Shown: positions 16,964-25,578 of the stretch, one piece after another | Layout: each line of letters begins with the position of its first letter | How positions within the stretch are numbered: position 1 is the stretch's first letter | Source of the DNA: an uncultured virus (IMG/VR IMGVR_UViG_3300046524_000574) | Taxonomy: Duplodnaviria; Heunggongvirae; Uroviricota; Caudoviricetes | Virus record (IMG/VR): IMGVR_UViG_3300046524_000574 | Length of the DNA: 64,000 bases | Reading direction: 5' to 3' (one strand) | Notes under the pieces: generated by a model | Seen by the model: only the letters and a program-made list of their open reading frames with translations | Told to the model about the DNA's origin: nothing | The model's database searches: none | Translations under genes and position numbers: made by a program

Positions 16964-17806
16964 TTAGCGCGCGTACTGCGCGAACTTCGGGTCCGCCTTG
17001 ATAGCCGGCAGGTAGCTTTCCAGACCCAGCTTGGTCAGCAGTTCCGTCATGTTCGGCACGCCCGGCGAGACGTTGAGCGTCTGCGAGTTGCCCTTGCCCG
17101 ACATGTAGAACACCGCCGGTGTACCGTTCAGGCCGTACTTCGACATCAGCGCCCAGTTCGCCTTGACCTTCGCCGCAAGGTCCGCGTCCGTGCTTTGCTC
17201 GACCGGGCCGCGCACGATGTCCGAGGTCATGTATGCGCTCACGTCCTTCGTCTGCAGCAGGCCAGCAGCCTTTTGCGGCGAGTCCGGTGCTTCGAAGCCT
17301 ACCGGCACCAGATGCACCTTCAGCTTGCCGTCGTCGACAGCCTTAATGAGCATCGCCTCGAGGCGCTGACAGAACGGGCAGTTCGGGTCCGTCACGATAG
17401 TCATTTCGGCCTGCGCCTTCGGGTTACCCCACAGCACGCTCGTCGCTTCCGTGGTGAACGCCTTGTACGCTGGCGTGTAGTCCGTCGCCGGGACATACTG
17501 GTTCGTGTAGTCGTTGCTCAGATTCTTGCCGGTAGCGTCGAGCGCAATGCCCGCCAGCAGAACGGTGTCATCCGGCGTCGTGTAGACGATAATGTACTTC
17601 GACGAGCGGTCCTTCACGACCCAGCCATGCAGGCCGCCAGCGGCCGGGAAATTCTTGTAGATTTCCAGCCCGCCGACTTGTTGTGCGTGTTGCAGCACAG
17701 CCGGCACGTCGCCGGTGTACGGCGCATCAGCGGCGGTAGCAGCGAATGCACCTGCCGTACCAAACGAGGCCAGCAGTGCCAGGCCGATGAGTTTCTTCTT
17801 CAGCAT
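16964..17806 (-). CDS. Periplasmic thiol:disulfide isomerase, DsbG/DsbC family
   Basis: Signal peptide, DsbG-like N-domain (GLHGWVV..IVYTTPD..VLLAG..LDATGKNLS), TDPNCPFC active site, GTPA cis-Pro motif. Confidence 0.85.
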   Translation of the reverse strand: MLKKKLIGLALLASFGTAGAFAATAADAPYTGDVPAVLQHAQQVGGLEIYKNFPAAGGLHGWVVKDRSSKYIIVYTTPDDTVLLAGIALDATGKNLSNDYTNQYVPATDYTPAYKAFTTEATSVLWGNPKAQAEMTIVTDPNCPFCQRLEAMLIKAVDDGKLKVHLVPVGFEAPDSPQKAAGLLQTKDVSAYMTSDIVRGPVEQSTDADLAAKVKANWALMSKYGLNGTPAVFYMSGKGNSQTLNVSPGVPNMTELLTKLGLESYLPAIKADPKFAQYAR

Positions 17807-17929
17807 TTGTTACTCCGATTACGTGTGTGAGGTGTTGCAGCGATATTGATAGTATATCGTATAAAGCAACATTCGCAACAGTAATCGGAGTTCGGGCCGC
17901 CGACGGCCTGCTATTTTTGAGGCGACCCG

Positions 17930-18193
17930 CTAAATTTCAACGCGCGTCCAGACGCCTTTTTTGACCTGTTCGATTTCGCCTGCGTCGCGCAATTCGTTGA
18001 TGCAGGCGCGAGTGACCCGGTCTGCGATGATGGGCCAGTTTGATGGAATGTCGCTGATAAACAGCATGTATTCCTCGCCGTCGGATGCCAGGTGCTGCCG
18101 GACGTCGTCGGGCGTGAATGTGTCGTCGCGGCGCATACGTTCGCGCGCCATGTCGAAGAGCATGTCGGGGATTTCGCGCTGGCCGAATTTCAT
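17930..18193 (-). CDS. Small hypothetical protein, possible winged helix
   Basis: 4-bp overlap with upstream gene; INELRDAGEIEQVKKGVW resembles a wHTH wing. Confidence 0.55.
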   Translation of the reverse strand: MKFGQREIPDMLFDMARERMRRDDTFTPDDVRQHLASDGEEYMLFISDIPSNWPIIADRVTRACINELRDAGEIEQVKKGVWTRVEI

Positions 18194-18600
18194 CGGTCGT
18201 CCTGTTCTGTACTTTCGGGCATCGTGGCCCGGAGCTTTTCAAGCGTTTCCGGCCAGTTCGCATGCAGCTCCGGCCATTCCGCGCCGGGTGAGAGGGTACC
18301 TTCGTCTAGTCGCTTCGAAAACACCTCGAAGCGCACCTGCGGGTGCCGGTGGCCGACTGTCGCCAGCCAGCCGGCGCACAGAAATTCCGCGTTCGGCTTC
18401 GACTGATGGCAGGCGAACAGCTTGGCGTTCCATTCCGGACCGATATTGCGGCTGTCCGGGCTGCAGCTCGAGAGGTCTTCCGCCATCTCCATGCTGAAGT
18501 TCGGAATGGCTGCGGCTGTGCTTGTCTTGCGCCAGGGGCATGAAGCACACGGCTTGCCTGGCGTCTTCAGTTTGGGTGTAGTCGACACGACGGAATCCAT
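18190..18600 (-). CDS. Cys/His-rich protein, DUF6283-like
   Basis: PCASCPWRK...FACHQS...CAGWL...H pattern. Confidence 0.65.
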   Translation of the reverse strand: MDSVVSTTPKLKTPGKPCASCPWRKTSTAAAIPNFSMEMAEDLSSCSPDSRNIGPEWNAKLFACHQSKPNAEFLCAGWLATVGHRHPQVRFEVFSKRLDEGTLSPGAEWPELHANWPETLEKLRATMPESTEQDDR

Positions 18601-18636
18601 GAGTTTCTTTCTAAGGCAAGTCTAAGCGAGGGGGAG

Positions 18637-19122
18637 TCAGCCCACCTTGCGAACCCACTCGGTGATGGATTGACCGTGGTCTTCCGGGCTGGCGCTTCGG
18701 ATTGTATGGGATAGGCAGGGGCCTTTGAACCACACAAAGCTCTGCTGCGTCAGGTTGTCTTCCTGCAGACGGATGTGAAAATCCACGATACGAACCTCGC
18801 GCGGGCGGCCCCAACCCCCGAGCACGACTCTGTCGCCAGGCTGCACATCGTGGCGCAGCTTCAGCCACTCCAGACAAGCCTGACGGTAACCGACCTCGTC
18901 GTTCGCCTGCTGGCTGCGAAACGCCCGCTCCAGAATGGCCTTAAATGGCGCATCGGCTTTTTCGGTCTCAACGACGCGCTCATCCAACGCCGCGCGCATC
19001 CATTTGACCTGCAGGTTGCTTCGCATTTCCACGAAATCGAGCCCTCGCGTCGCGCACTCGCGACGAAGCAGGTCTTCAAGTTCAATGGTGGCTGTGTCCA
19101 TCGGGTTATTTTCGTTCGACAT
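18637..19122 (-). CDS. Hypothetical protein
   Basis: ATG 10 nt past the rtcR stop, same strand; protein-like composition. Confidence 0.6.
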   Translation of the reverse strand: MSNENNPMDTATIELEDLLRRECATRGLDFVEMRSNLQVKWMRAALDERVVETEKADAPFKAILERAFRSQQANDEVGYRQACLEWLKLRHDVQPGDRVVLGGWGRPREVRIVDFHIRLQEDNLTQQSFVWFKGPCLSHTIRSASPEDHGQSITEWVRKVG

Positions 19123-19132
19123 AGGGGCTCGG

Positions 19133-20731
19133 TCAGGCAAGAATCTTTTTTGTTTCCGCGTAGTCCATATCGAATCGCGCCAGGAACTTGCGCACGCGGT
19201 CCGAATCATTCGGGTTGGCCTTCGCCGCACGGGATTCGGCATAGAGCTCGCGGCCGGCTTCCGCCATCGAGTTCGTGTCTGCGACCACCTGCAGCACATC
19301 AGCAAGCTGGACCCGCTCAAACCGGTCAAGCGAGCGCTCAGCGAGAATCGCCTCGATGCGCGGATTGCGGCTCAATTCCTGGCTGCCCGAAGTGCCCCAC
19401 GCCGCGCGCAATTGCTCGACCTCGAACTGCACGTCGTCTTCGCTAATACGCCCGCCGTCGGCGAGTGTCGCCATACGGGTTACAGCGGCAGCCAGGTCCC
19501 GAAAGTTGCCCGGCCACGCAGCCTCGAGAGCAAACGTGAGGAACGACTCCCGTGCTTCGCGCGAGATGGAGATGTGCACGCCCAGTTCGCGCGTCACGCG
19601 CTCGAGCTCGAAGTCGAGATTTGGCTCGACGTCTTCCGGCCGTTCGGCAAGACCCGGCAGCTTGAACTGCCATACGTTGATGCGCGCGAGCAGGTCCGCA
19701 CGGAAACGCCCGGCCGCCACTTCCGCCGCAAGGTTCCGGTTGGTGCCAGCCAGTAGCTGAAATTCGCTCGTCACTTCCTTGTCCGAACCCATTGGCAGGA
19801 AACGCTTGTCTTCGAGGGCACGCAGCAGCATCGCCTGCTCGTCGAGGCCAAGCTCGCCGATTTCATCGAGAAACAGCGTGCCATTGTCGGCCGCGCGCAG
19901 TAGCCCGGGCCGGTCCGAGACCGCGCCAGTGAAAGCTCCCTTCTTATGCCCGAAGAGAGCCGACATTGCGTTGTCTCCGCGCAGCGTCGCGCAGTTCACT
20001 TCGACGAATGCGCCTGCTACGAGATGGCGGCGCGCGCGCAGCCCGTACACACGCTGAGCGAGTGCGCTCTTACCCGCGCCAGTCGGCCCAGTCAGCAGCA
20101 ACGGGGCGGTCGACTTGAGCGCAACGCGTTCGAGCCGGCCGATGAGTGCGTTGAACGCAGCGTTCTTCGTGACGATGCCACCCTTGAGCAGGTCCTGGCT
20201 CTCGACGCTTTCCTTCTGGAATCGCTTGGCGAGCTGGTCGTATTTCGACAGGTCGAGGTCGATGACTTCCAGGCGGCCACGCCAGGCTTTCACGTCCGAG
20301 TCGCGCTTAGGCAACGACGTTTCGACGATACGCGCCGGCAGGTAGCGGGATTCCGTCAGCAAGAAGAGACAAATCTGTGCCACGTGCGTACCCGTCGTGA
20401 GATGCACGTAGTAGTCGGTGTCGTCGCGAAACGTATATCCGCGCGCGAATTCATGCAGCGCCGCGTAGACGTGCTGAAAGCTCCATGCGTCCGTCACCGG
20501 CAGGCTGTGCGTGGTCACACGCGCCTCAGGCTTCAGGGACTGGATGTCGGACGTCACGCGCTCGACGAGTGGCTGGTAGTCGCCATTGAAGGTCAGCAAC
20601 TCAATAGCGTCCGGCACGAACTTATCATGGCCGAAGAGGGCCACCGTCGGGCGCCAGCGCTCCCAGCGCTTCTCGGTCAGCCCTGAGTCCAGCTTCGTGC
20701 CCAGAAATCCGATGACAACCTTCTTTTTCAT
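19133..20731 (-). CDS. rtcR: RNA repair transcriptional activator RtcR (sigma54 enhancer-binding protein)
   Basis: MKKKVVIGFLGTKLD..RW..WRPTV, HLTTGTHVAQIC RtcR/CARF-like domain; Walker A GPTGAGKS, GAFTGA, LFLDEIGEL, WPGNFRDL; C-terminal NDSDRVRKFLARF; 532 aa. Confidence 0.93.
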   Translation of the reverse strand: MKKKVVIGFLGTKLDSGLTEKRWERWRPTVALFGHDKFVPDAIELLTFNGDYQPLVERVTSDIQSLKPEARVTTHSLPVTDAWSFQHVYAALHEFARGYTFRDDTDYYVHLTTGTHVAQICLFLLTESRYLPARIVETSLPKRDSDVKAWRGRLEVIDLDLSKYDQLAKRFQKESVESQDLLKGGIVTKNAAFNALIGRLERVALKSTAPLLLTGPTGAGKSALAQRVYGLRARRHLVAGAFVEVNCATLRGDNAMSALFGHKKGAFTGAVSDRPGLLRAADNGTLFLDEIGELGLDEQAMLLRALEDKRFLPMGSDKEVTSEFQLLAGTNRNLAAEVAAGRFRADLLARINVWQFKLPGLAERPEDVEPNLDFELERVTRELGVHISISREARESFLTFALEAAWPGNFRDLAAAVTRMATLADGGRISEDDVQFEVEQLRAAWGTSGSQELSRNPRIEAILAERSLDRFERVQLADVLQVVADTNSMAEAGRELYAESRAAKANPNDSDRVRKFLARFDMDYAETKKILA

Positions 20732-20733
20732 TT

Positions 20734-21027
20734 TCAATCCTTGACCGATTTTTCGGTACTTTCGATTTGCTCCAGCATCTCCAGAGCTTCTTCGCCTGCA
20801 AGCGACGGGCACAGCTTGAACGCTTCCTGCCAGATGTCGCCGACATCGTGGATGAACAGGAAGCCGGCGTCGCTCAGTTGATGGGCAGCCAGGGAGACCT
20901 TTCCTCGGGCGACTTCCTGATGCTCGACACATTCCTCCAGCAGCTTTCGAGCGCGAGCGCCGAGCTTGCACAGGACCTGCGCAGCTTCCTTGACGGCATC
21001 CTCGCTTTCGTAGGCCAGCAGGAACAT
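20734..21027 (-). CDS. Hypothetical protein
   Basis: Tightly packed upstream of rtcR; GGAG RBS. Confidence 0.55.
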   Translation of the reverse strand: MFLLAYESEDAVKEAAQVLCKLGARARKLLEECVEHQEVARGKVSLAAHQLSDAGFLFIHDVGDIWQEAFKLCPSLAGEEALEMLEQIESTEKSVKD

Positions 21028-21043
21028 CTCGACTCCGGTTTGC

Positions 21044-21256
21044 TTACTGCGGCCCGTGGGCCACGTTCCATTCGTGGATGGCTTCGCGCTTGGTCTTCAT
21101 CGTGTGCCCCGCGACCTTGAACATATGCGCGGTGGCGCAGCGTGTGACCCAGTACGAGCCAGTCTTGACGGATTCCGGCTGCTTGCCGCACTTCGGGCAT
21201 GGCACAGGATTTTCCGTGGCGCTCGCAGTCTTCGTGACCATGGCGTGTCCGCTCAA
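21044..21256 (-). CDS. Small zinc-ribbon protein, Lar (restriction alleviation)-like
   Basis: PCPKCG...C...H...EAIHEWN pattern; start may be 21241. Confidence 0.5.
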   Translation of the reverse strand: MSGHAMVTKTASATENPVPCPKCGKQPESVKTGSYWVTRCATAHMFKVAGHTMKTKREAIHEWNVAHGPQ

Positions 21257-21453
21257 AGCGCCGGGGTGTGGTCGGTGACCGCGTCGGCGGTAAGCTCGCG
21301 CGCGATGGTGGCCTTGCCGTCCTGACGCGCAGCATGGCGTGCGGTCTTGGCGACCTTGTTCGCGCCTTCCTTCGGCAAATCCGCGGTGCGATGGTGGATG
21401 TCGTGGCCACCTTTTGCGCGGCCACGGTCGGTTTCCGGGGTGTAGGGCTTCAT
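21253..21453 (-). CDS. Small basic hypothetical protein
   Basis: AAGGA RBS; overlaps next gene. Confidence 0.5.
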   Translation of the reverse strand: MKPYTPETDRGRAKGGHDIHHRTADLPKEGANKVAKTARHAARQDGKATIARELTADAVTDHTPAL

Positions 21454-21493
21454 GGCTGAGTTCCTTGTCTTTTGATTGTCCGAGCAGGTCGGG

Positions 21494-21958
21494 TCACTTC
21501 TGCGTTTCGGCGCCGAAGTCGACTATCGCGCCCCACTGCGCAGCTGAGAACACGCTGGCCACGTCGGGGTATTGTGCCTTCACCGCAGATTCCGCCACGC
21601 TACGTGCAGTGCTCAGCGCCGAATAGGCTTGACGACGAACGGCTGCAAGTTCGGTGGTGTTGTGCCGGTCGCCGACACCCTTGAGCGACTGTTCAAGTTG
21701 CGCTAGCTGAGCTCGAATGGCGGCCTCTTCCTCCCTCGCTGCGGCGAATGCTGCGTCGAATGCGGCATCGGCGAGCCACGCGGCTTGAACAACAGCGGCT
21801 GGCGCAACCTTTGGGTCCGTCTCATCAGGCCGCAGCGGCAGCGGGGCGAGCGCAGCGTCCAGCGCGTCGCGGTACGTCGCACGACGCTCGCGGAACGCGC
21901 GGTCGCGCGCCTGAGTCTTTACTTTATTCGCTGCTTTCTGTTCTGCGGTCAGTGCCAT
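21494..21958 (-). CDS. Hypothetical helical protein
   Basis: First ORF of the leftward unit, divergent from rtcB. Confidence 0.6.
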   Translation of the reverse strand: MALTAEQKAANKVKTQARDRAFRERRATYRDALDAALAPLPLRPDETDPKVAPAAVVQAAWLADAAFDAAFAAAREEEAAIRAQLAQLEQSLKGVGDRHNTTELAAVRRQAYSALSTARSVAESAVKAQYPDVASVFSAAQWGAIVDFGAETQK

Positions 21959-21990
21959 GACATCAAGGTTCCGTTAAGTTGCGACGCCAA

Positions 21991-22008
21991 TCTATCTATT
22001 TGGATAGA
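21991..22008. promoter_or_regulatory. Inverted repeat, candidate RtcR enhancer site
   Basis: TCTATC-N6-GATAGA about 115 bp upstream of the sigma54 -24 box. Confidence 0.4.
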
Positions 22009-22124
22009 GTATATCTTACAAAATAGTATTTGTCACGTTTAATTTGTTTTGAGGCGTCGGCGCGGTGCTCGCATCCTCAATTAAATCAACAACATATAGC
22101 TTAAAACAACTAAAACGCAACATC

Positions 22125-22140
22125 TGGCACGGTCCTCGCA
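22125..22140 (+). promoter_or_regulatory. Sigma54 (-24/-12) promoter of rtcB
   Basis: TGGCACG-GTCC-TCGCA with correct GG-N10-GC spacing; AT-rich, IHF-like AATCAACAAC just upstream. Confidence 0.85.
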
Positions 22141-22178
22141 ATAAGTAGTGCATCCACCTAACACACAAGGAGTGAATC

Positions 22179-23402
22179 ATGGATGCACAACAACTGAAGG
22201 GTTTCTTTGGCGATAAGGTTCGTCTGTGGACTGGCTCGATGTCGGTTGAAGACGCAGCGGTCAAGCAGCTGCACAACATCTCCGAGCTTCCTATCCTCTG
22301 CGGCCATATTGCGGTTATGCCGGACGTACACCTCGGGAAGGGAGCTACCGTGGGCTCGGTGATTCCGACGCTGTCGGCCGTGATTCCGTCCGCGGTTGGA
22401 GTCGATATTGGATGTGGAATGGTAGCAGTCCGAACTGGTTTGAGTGCTTCGGACCTGCCGGAGTCGCTGGCGGCGATGCGCGCGGCAATTGAGTGTGCGG
22501 TGCCGGTGGGCTTTGCATACCACTCGAAGCAGTTGGCTATCGGTGAGCAAAGCATGGCTGCGGCTGAGCTGCAGCGGCGATACGACGGCCTGATGGCTGG
22601 GTTTTCGGGTCTGTCGCTGTTCACGGGCCTTGGACACTTCAACGCGGAACGCATGACGCAACAGGTCGGAACTCTGGGCGGCGGGAATCACTTCATCGAA
22701 GTGTGTCTCGATGAGTCGCAGCAGGTTTGGCTGATGCTGCACTCGGGTTCGCGCAACGTCGGCAAGACAGTAGGTGAAGCGGCGATGGAGGCAGCAAAGA
22801 AGCATGTTGCGTCGCTGGACATCACGCTGAAGGACCAGGACCTCGCATGGCTGGATGACGGTACGGAGGCCTTCGATTCATACACGAAGGCTCTGTCATG
22901 GGCACAGGACTACGCGCGGCTGAACCGAGATGTGATGCTGCACCTGGTTATTCAGGCCGTTGAGAAGACGCTGGGCCGGTCATTGTCCATCACCGCCGAA
23001 GCGATTAACTCGCACCACAACTACCTCTCGAAGGAAGAGTTTGGCGGCCGGTCTGTGTGGATTACGCGCAAGGGTGCGGTGTCGGCGCGCACGGGCCAGC
23101 TGGGTATCATCCCGGGCTCGATGGGGGCGAAGTCGTTCATCGTGTGCGGTAAGGGACATGAGGCTGCGTACTGCTCGTGCTCACACGGCGCCGGTCGCAA
23201 GATGTCGCGTACCGCGGCGAAGAAGTACTTCACGACGGACGACCTCGAAGCTCAAACGGCTGGCGTGGAGTGCCGTAAGGACGACGCCGTGGTCGATGAA
23301 ATTCCCGGGGCATACAAAGATATAGATGAAGTGATGGCTGCGCAGTCCGAACTGGTCGACATCAAGCACACCTTAAAGCAAGTGCTCTGCGTCAAGGGCT
23401 GA
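22179..23402 (+). CDS. rtcB: RNA 3'-phosphate/5'-OH ligase RtcB
   Basis: MPDVHLGKGATVG, GVDIGCG, GTLGGGNHFIE, LHSGSR, HHNY, IIPGSMG, SCSHGAGR, DEIPGAYKDI, LKQVLCVKG. Confidence 0.96.
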   Translation: MDAQQLKGFFGDKVRLWTGSMSVEDAAVKQLHNISELPILCGHIAVMPDVHLGKGATVGSVIPTLSAVIPSAVGVDIGCGMVAVRTGLSASDLPESLAAMRAAIECAVPVGFAYHSKQLAIGEQSMAAAELQRRYDGLMAGFSGLSLFTGLGHFNAERMTQQVGTLGGGNHFIEVCLDESQQVWLMLHSGSRNVGKTVGEAAMEAAKKHVASLDITLKDQDLAWLDDGTEAFDSYTKALSWAQDYARLNRDVMLHLVIQAVEKTLGRSLSITAEAINSHHNYLSKEEFGGRSVWITRKGAVSARTGQLGIIPGSMGAKSFIVCGKGHEAAYCSCSHGAGRKMSRTAAKKYFTTDDLEAQTAGVECRKDDAVVDEIPGAYKDIDEVMAAQSELVDIKHTLKQVLCVKG

Positions 23403-23414
23403 GGTGTAACGTAT

Positions 23415-23450
23415 GTCAGGGGCCGCTCATTGAGCGGCCCCTGACCTTTC
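23415..23450. terminator. Long hairpin between convergent genes
   Basis: gtcaggggccgctca-t-tgagcggcccctgac. Confidence 0.75.
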
Positions 23451-23468
23451 GTTTAGCCCGATTGGGAC

Positions 23469-24623
23469 TTAGAACCAGCCATCCCGAACTTCATTGGGAG
23501 CCTTCTTGGCAAGCGTGATGGTGTTCACGATGCCGACCGGGGCGTTCTCAGGCAAGGGCTGCTCGCCTTTCTTGTTGCCGAGCGCCGCGACGCTGTCGAG
23601 CTTGCGCAGCTTGTCGGAGCCCGGTACCGCGCGAAGCCCTTCCGCATAGTAGTCGTACCACGGCAAGCCGGCACGGGTATAGCTCTCCGCGGTCGGTGCC
23701 TGCGTCGGCGGCCGGCGGCCCGTCACCTGCTCGAACTGCCGGCTGTTGAGCAGATGCACGAAGCACTTCGCGCTGTGCGTCTGGTCCCATTTTGCGATGC
23801 CGTGCCGGTCGGTGAACACCTCCTGCTTCATCAGTCCACCGGGCGCCAGTCCCATCTGGGCGGACTCTGCGGAGGCGCTAAAGCTCATGCTGTTCGCGAC
23901 CGCGCACGAAGCGTTCGTCATGACGAATCCGCCCGGATACCCGTTCCACAGTCCGCCGGCAATGCCCCGGGTGATGGGGCGCGGTGGCGTGTAGTAGCGC
24001 GGGTCCAGCGGATAGATGATGAGCTGCAGGCCACCGTGTACCGCCTCGCCGGTAATCTGCTCTTCGACCGTGTAGCCGTCGCCGAGCGGCATCGCCACGA
24101 ACTGGCGAATCTGCCCGTTGCCGACATTGAAACCGTCGAGCCACGGTTGGTCCGGAATCGTGACGTAATCCTGTGCTCCCGCCACACGTGTCTGTGGCGT
24201 GCTTGCAATCTGCTGCAGGTACGAAGCCTGGTCATCCGGCGTGCGAGCCAGCAGGTCGTGAGCGGGACCGACCCGGTGTTCCGCGTGCTGCAGCTGCGGG
24301 GTCCAGGCTTCGCCAGATACCGCGTTGATTTTGCCGGTGGCAATCTTCACTGCAAACGGGTACTTCGAGCTGAAGCGAATCCACATCGCCTCGGCCTGAT
24401 ACATCGGCAGAAATACGCCGCCATGCCCGGCCCAGTGCGCAGGCAGCTTGCCCGCGTAGTCGTCGACATGGCAGAGGGGGAAGGTGCCCAGGCTGGGCGG
24501 CAGCCCGTGAACCCGGTTATCGTCGGGAATGCGTAGGGTGCGTTGGAATTCGATGGTGCAATGGGCATCCGCGTGCACTTCGGGGAAACGGACGACCAGG
24601 CGGTTATTTTCAAGCGTCAGCAT
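23469..24623 (-). CDS. Uncharacterised protein
   Basis: GGAG RBS; motifs FQRTLRIPDD, GGVFLPMYQAEAMW, QPWLDG, RQFVAMPLG.GYTVE.Q, MGLAPGG, Y...GLPWYDYY look like a conserved family; function not assignable. Confidence 0.75.
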   Translation of the reverse strand: MLTLENNRLVVRFPEVHADAHCTIEFQRTLRIPDDNRVHGLPPSLGTFPLCHVDDYAGKLPAHWAGHGGVFLPMYQAEAMWIRFSSKYPFAVKIATGKINAVSGEAWTPQLQHAEHRVGPAHDLLARTPDDQASYLQQIASTPQTRVAGAQDYVTIPDQPWLDGFNVGNGQIRQFVAMPLGDGYTVEEQITGEAVHGGLQLIIYPLDPRYYTPPRPITRGIAGGLWNGYPGGFVMTNASCAVANSMSFSASAESAQMGLAPGGLMKQEVFTDRHGIAKWDQTHSAKCFVHLLNSRQFEQVTGRRPPTQAPTAESYTRAGLPWYDYYAEGLRAVPGSDKLRKLDSVAALGNKKGEQPLPENAPVGIVNTITLAKKAPNEVRDGWF

Positions 24624-24653
24624 TGACGGCTCCTTGGTTGATTTTGAAATGGC

Positions 24654-25010
24654 TTACCATTGACCATCACGCACTTCGCGCACGACGCTCAGGATGGCGT
24701 GCTCCGGCGCATCCTTTAGTTCGCGCAGCAGACTTGCGAAGAGCTGCGGTCGCTTCAGGATGATGTCCTGCAGTTCCTTGCTGACTTTGCCAGCCAGACC
24801 CAGCAGGAGGTCCCTATCGAGCCGCAATACCTCGGCAAGCCTTGAAATTGTCGCCTCCGAAGGCGGTGGCACTTCGCTGCGCTCAATCTTGCTCAGGTAC
24901 GCTGGCTCGATTTCGACACGTGCCGCGACCTGCCGCAACGAAAAGCTGCGACCTTCGCTGACCTGCAAGGCTTCGCGTGTCGCCCGAAGGAAGGTTCCGA
25001 AGTGTGTCAT
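24654..25010 (-). CDS. XRE-family HTH transcriptional regulator
   Basis: FGTFLRATRE..SLRQVAARVEIEPAYLSKIERSE. Confidence 0.85.
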   Translation of the reverse strand: MTHFGTFLRATREALQVSEGRSFSLRQVAARVEIEPAYLSKIERSEVPPPSEATISRLAEVLRLDRDLLLGLAGKVSKELQDIILKRPQLFASLLRELKDAPEHAILSVVREVRDGQW

Positions 25011-25341
25011 GTGTAGTATATAGTCAACAGTTTGCAAGTAGTATAGCGAAAAACGGAGTAATGTCAATACAATGTTTGGGTTTGCGAAAACTGGCCGCAA
25101 GCGCACGCTGTTTTCATGTGCGCGAGGGTAGGCGTGCCCCGCTCGTTGTGTGAACCTCAGGACGTCCGGCTATACGGGGAACCATGATATAGCGTTGATT
25201 TGGTAATGGCGGCGTCTCACCGGCGCCATAGCGCGCAGAGCTATGAACGCTATACGGGTTGAGGCCATTACCTATAGCTGCGGCAAGCGCAGGCCTTTTT
25301 TATTCGAAAGAACGCGCGTCGCGCCACACAGAGGAACCAAT

Positions 25342-25578
25342 ATGCAGCCTGTTCGCAAAAAAGTTGAAGACCTGGTTGAAGGTGACCTGGTCGACCTCGA
25401 GTCATGCCCGTTTTTGAAGCACGACCCGCTCGCGCCGTATGAGTACGGTCGCGTCGAGGCAGTCGAATTGGAAGACAACGGCAACTGCGTCGTCGTCTAC
25501 TACGAAAACTTCAGCGCCACCGGCTACCCGGCCGGCACCGAAGTCAACATTGCAGTCGAAGAAGCGGAGGCAGCATGA
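25342..25578 (+). CDS. Small acidic hypothetical protein
   Basis: GAGGA RBS before ATG 25342; 4-bp overlap with the NADAR gene. Confidence 0.6.
   Translation: MQPVRKKVEDLVEGDLVDLESCPFLKHDPLAPYEYGRVEAVELEDNGNCVVVYYENFSATGYPAGTEVNIAVEEAEAA

Noticed and set aside
20732..20971. 80-aa N-terminal extension of RtcR in the ORF track
   Set aside because: RtcR similarity starts at MKKKVVIGFLG (20731) and the extension overlaps a separate plausible ORF.
23403..23468. Y RNA or tRNA-like gene next to rtcB
   Set aside because: Only a single hairpin fits the gap; no cloverleaf or T-arm motif seen and no Ro/Rsr gene in the window.
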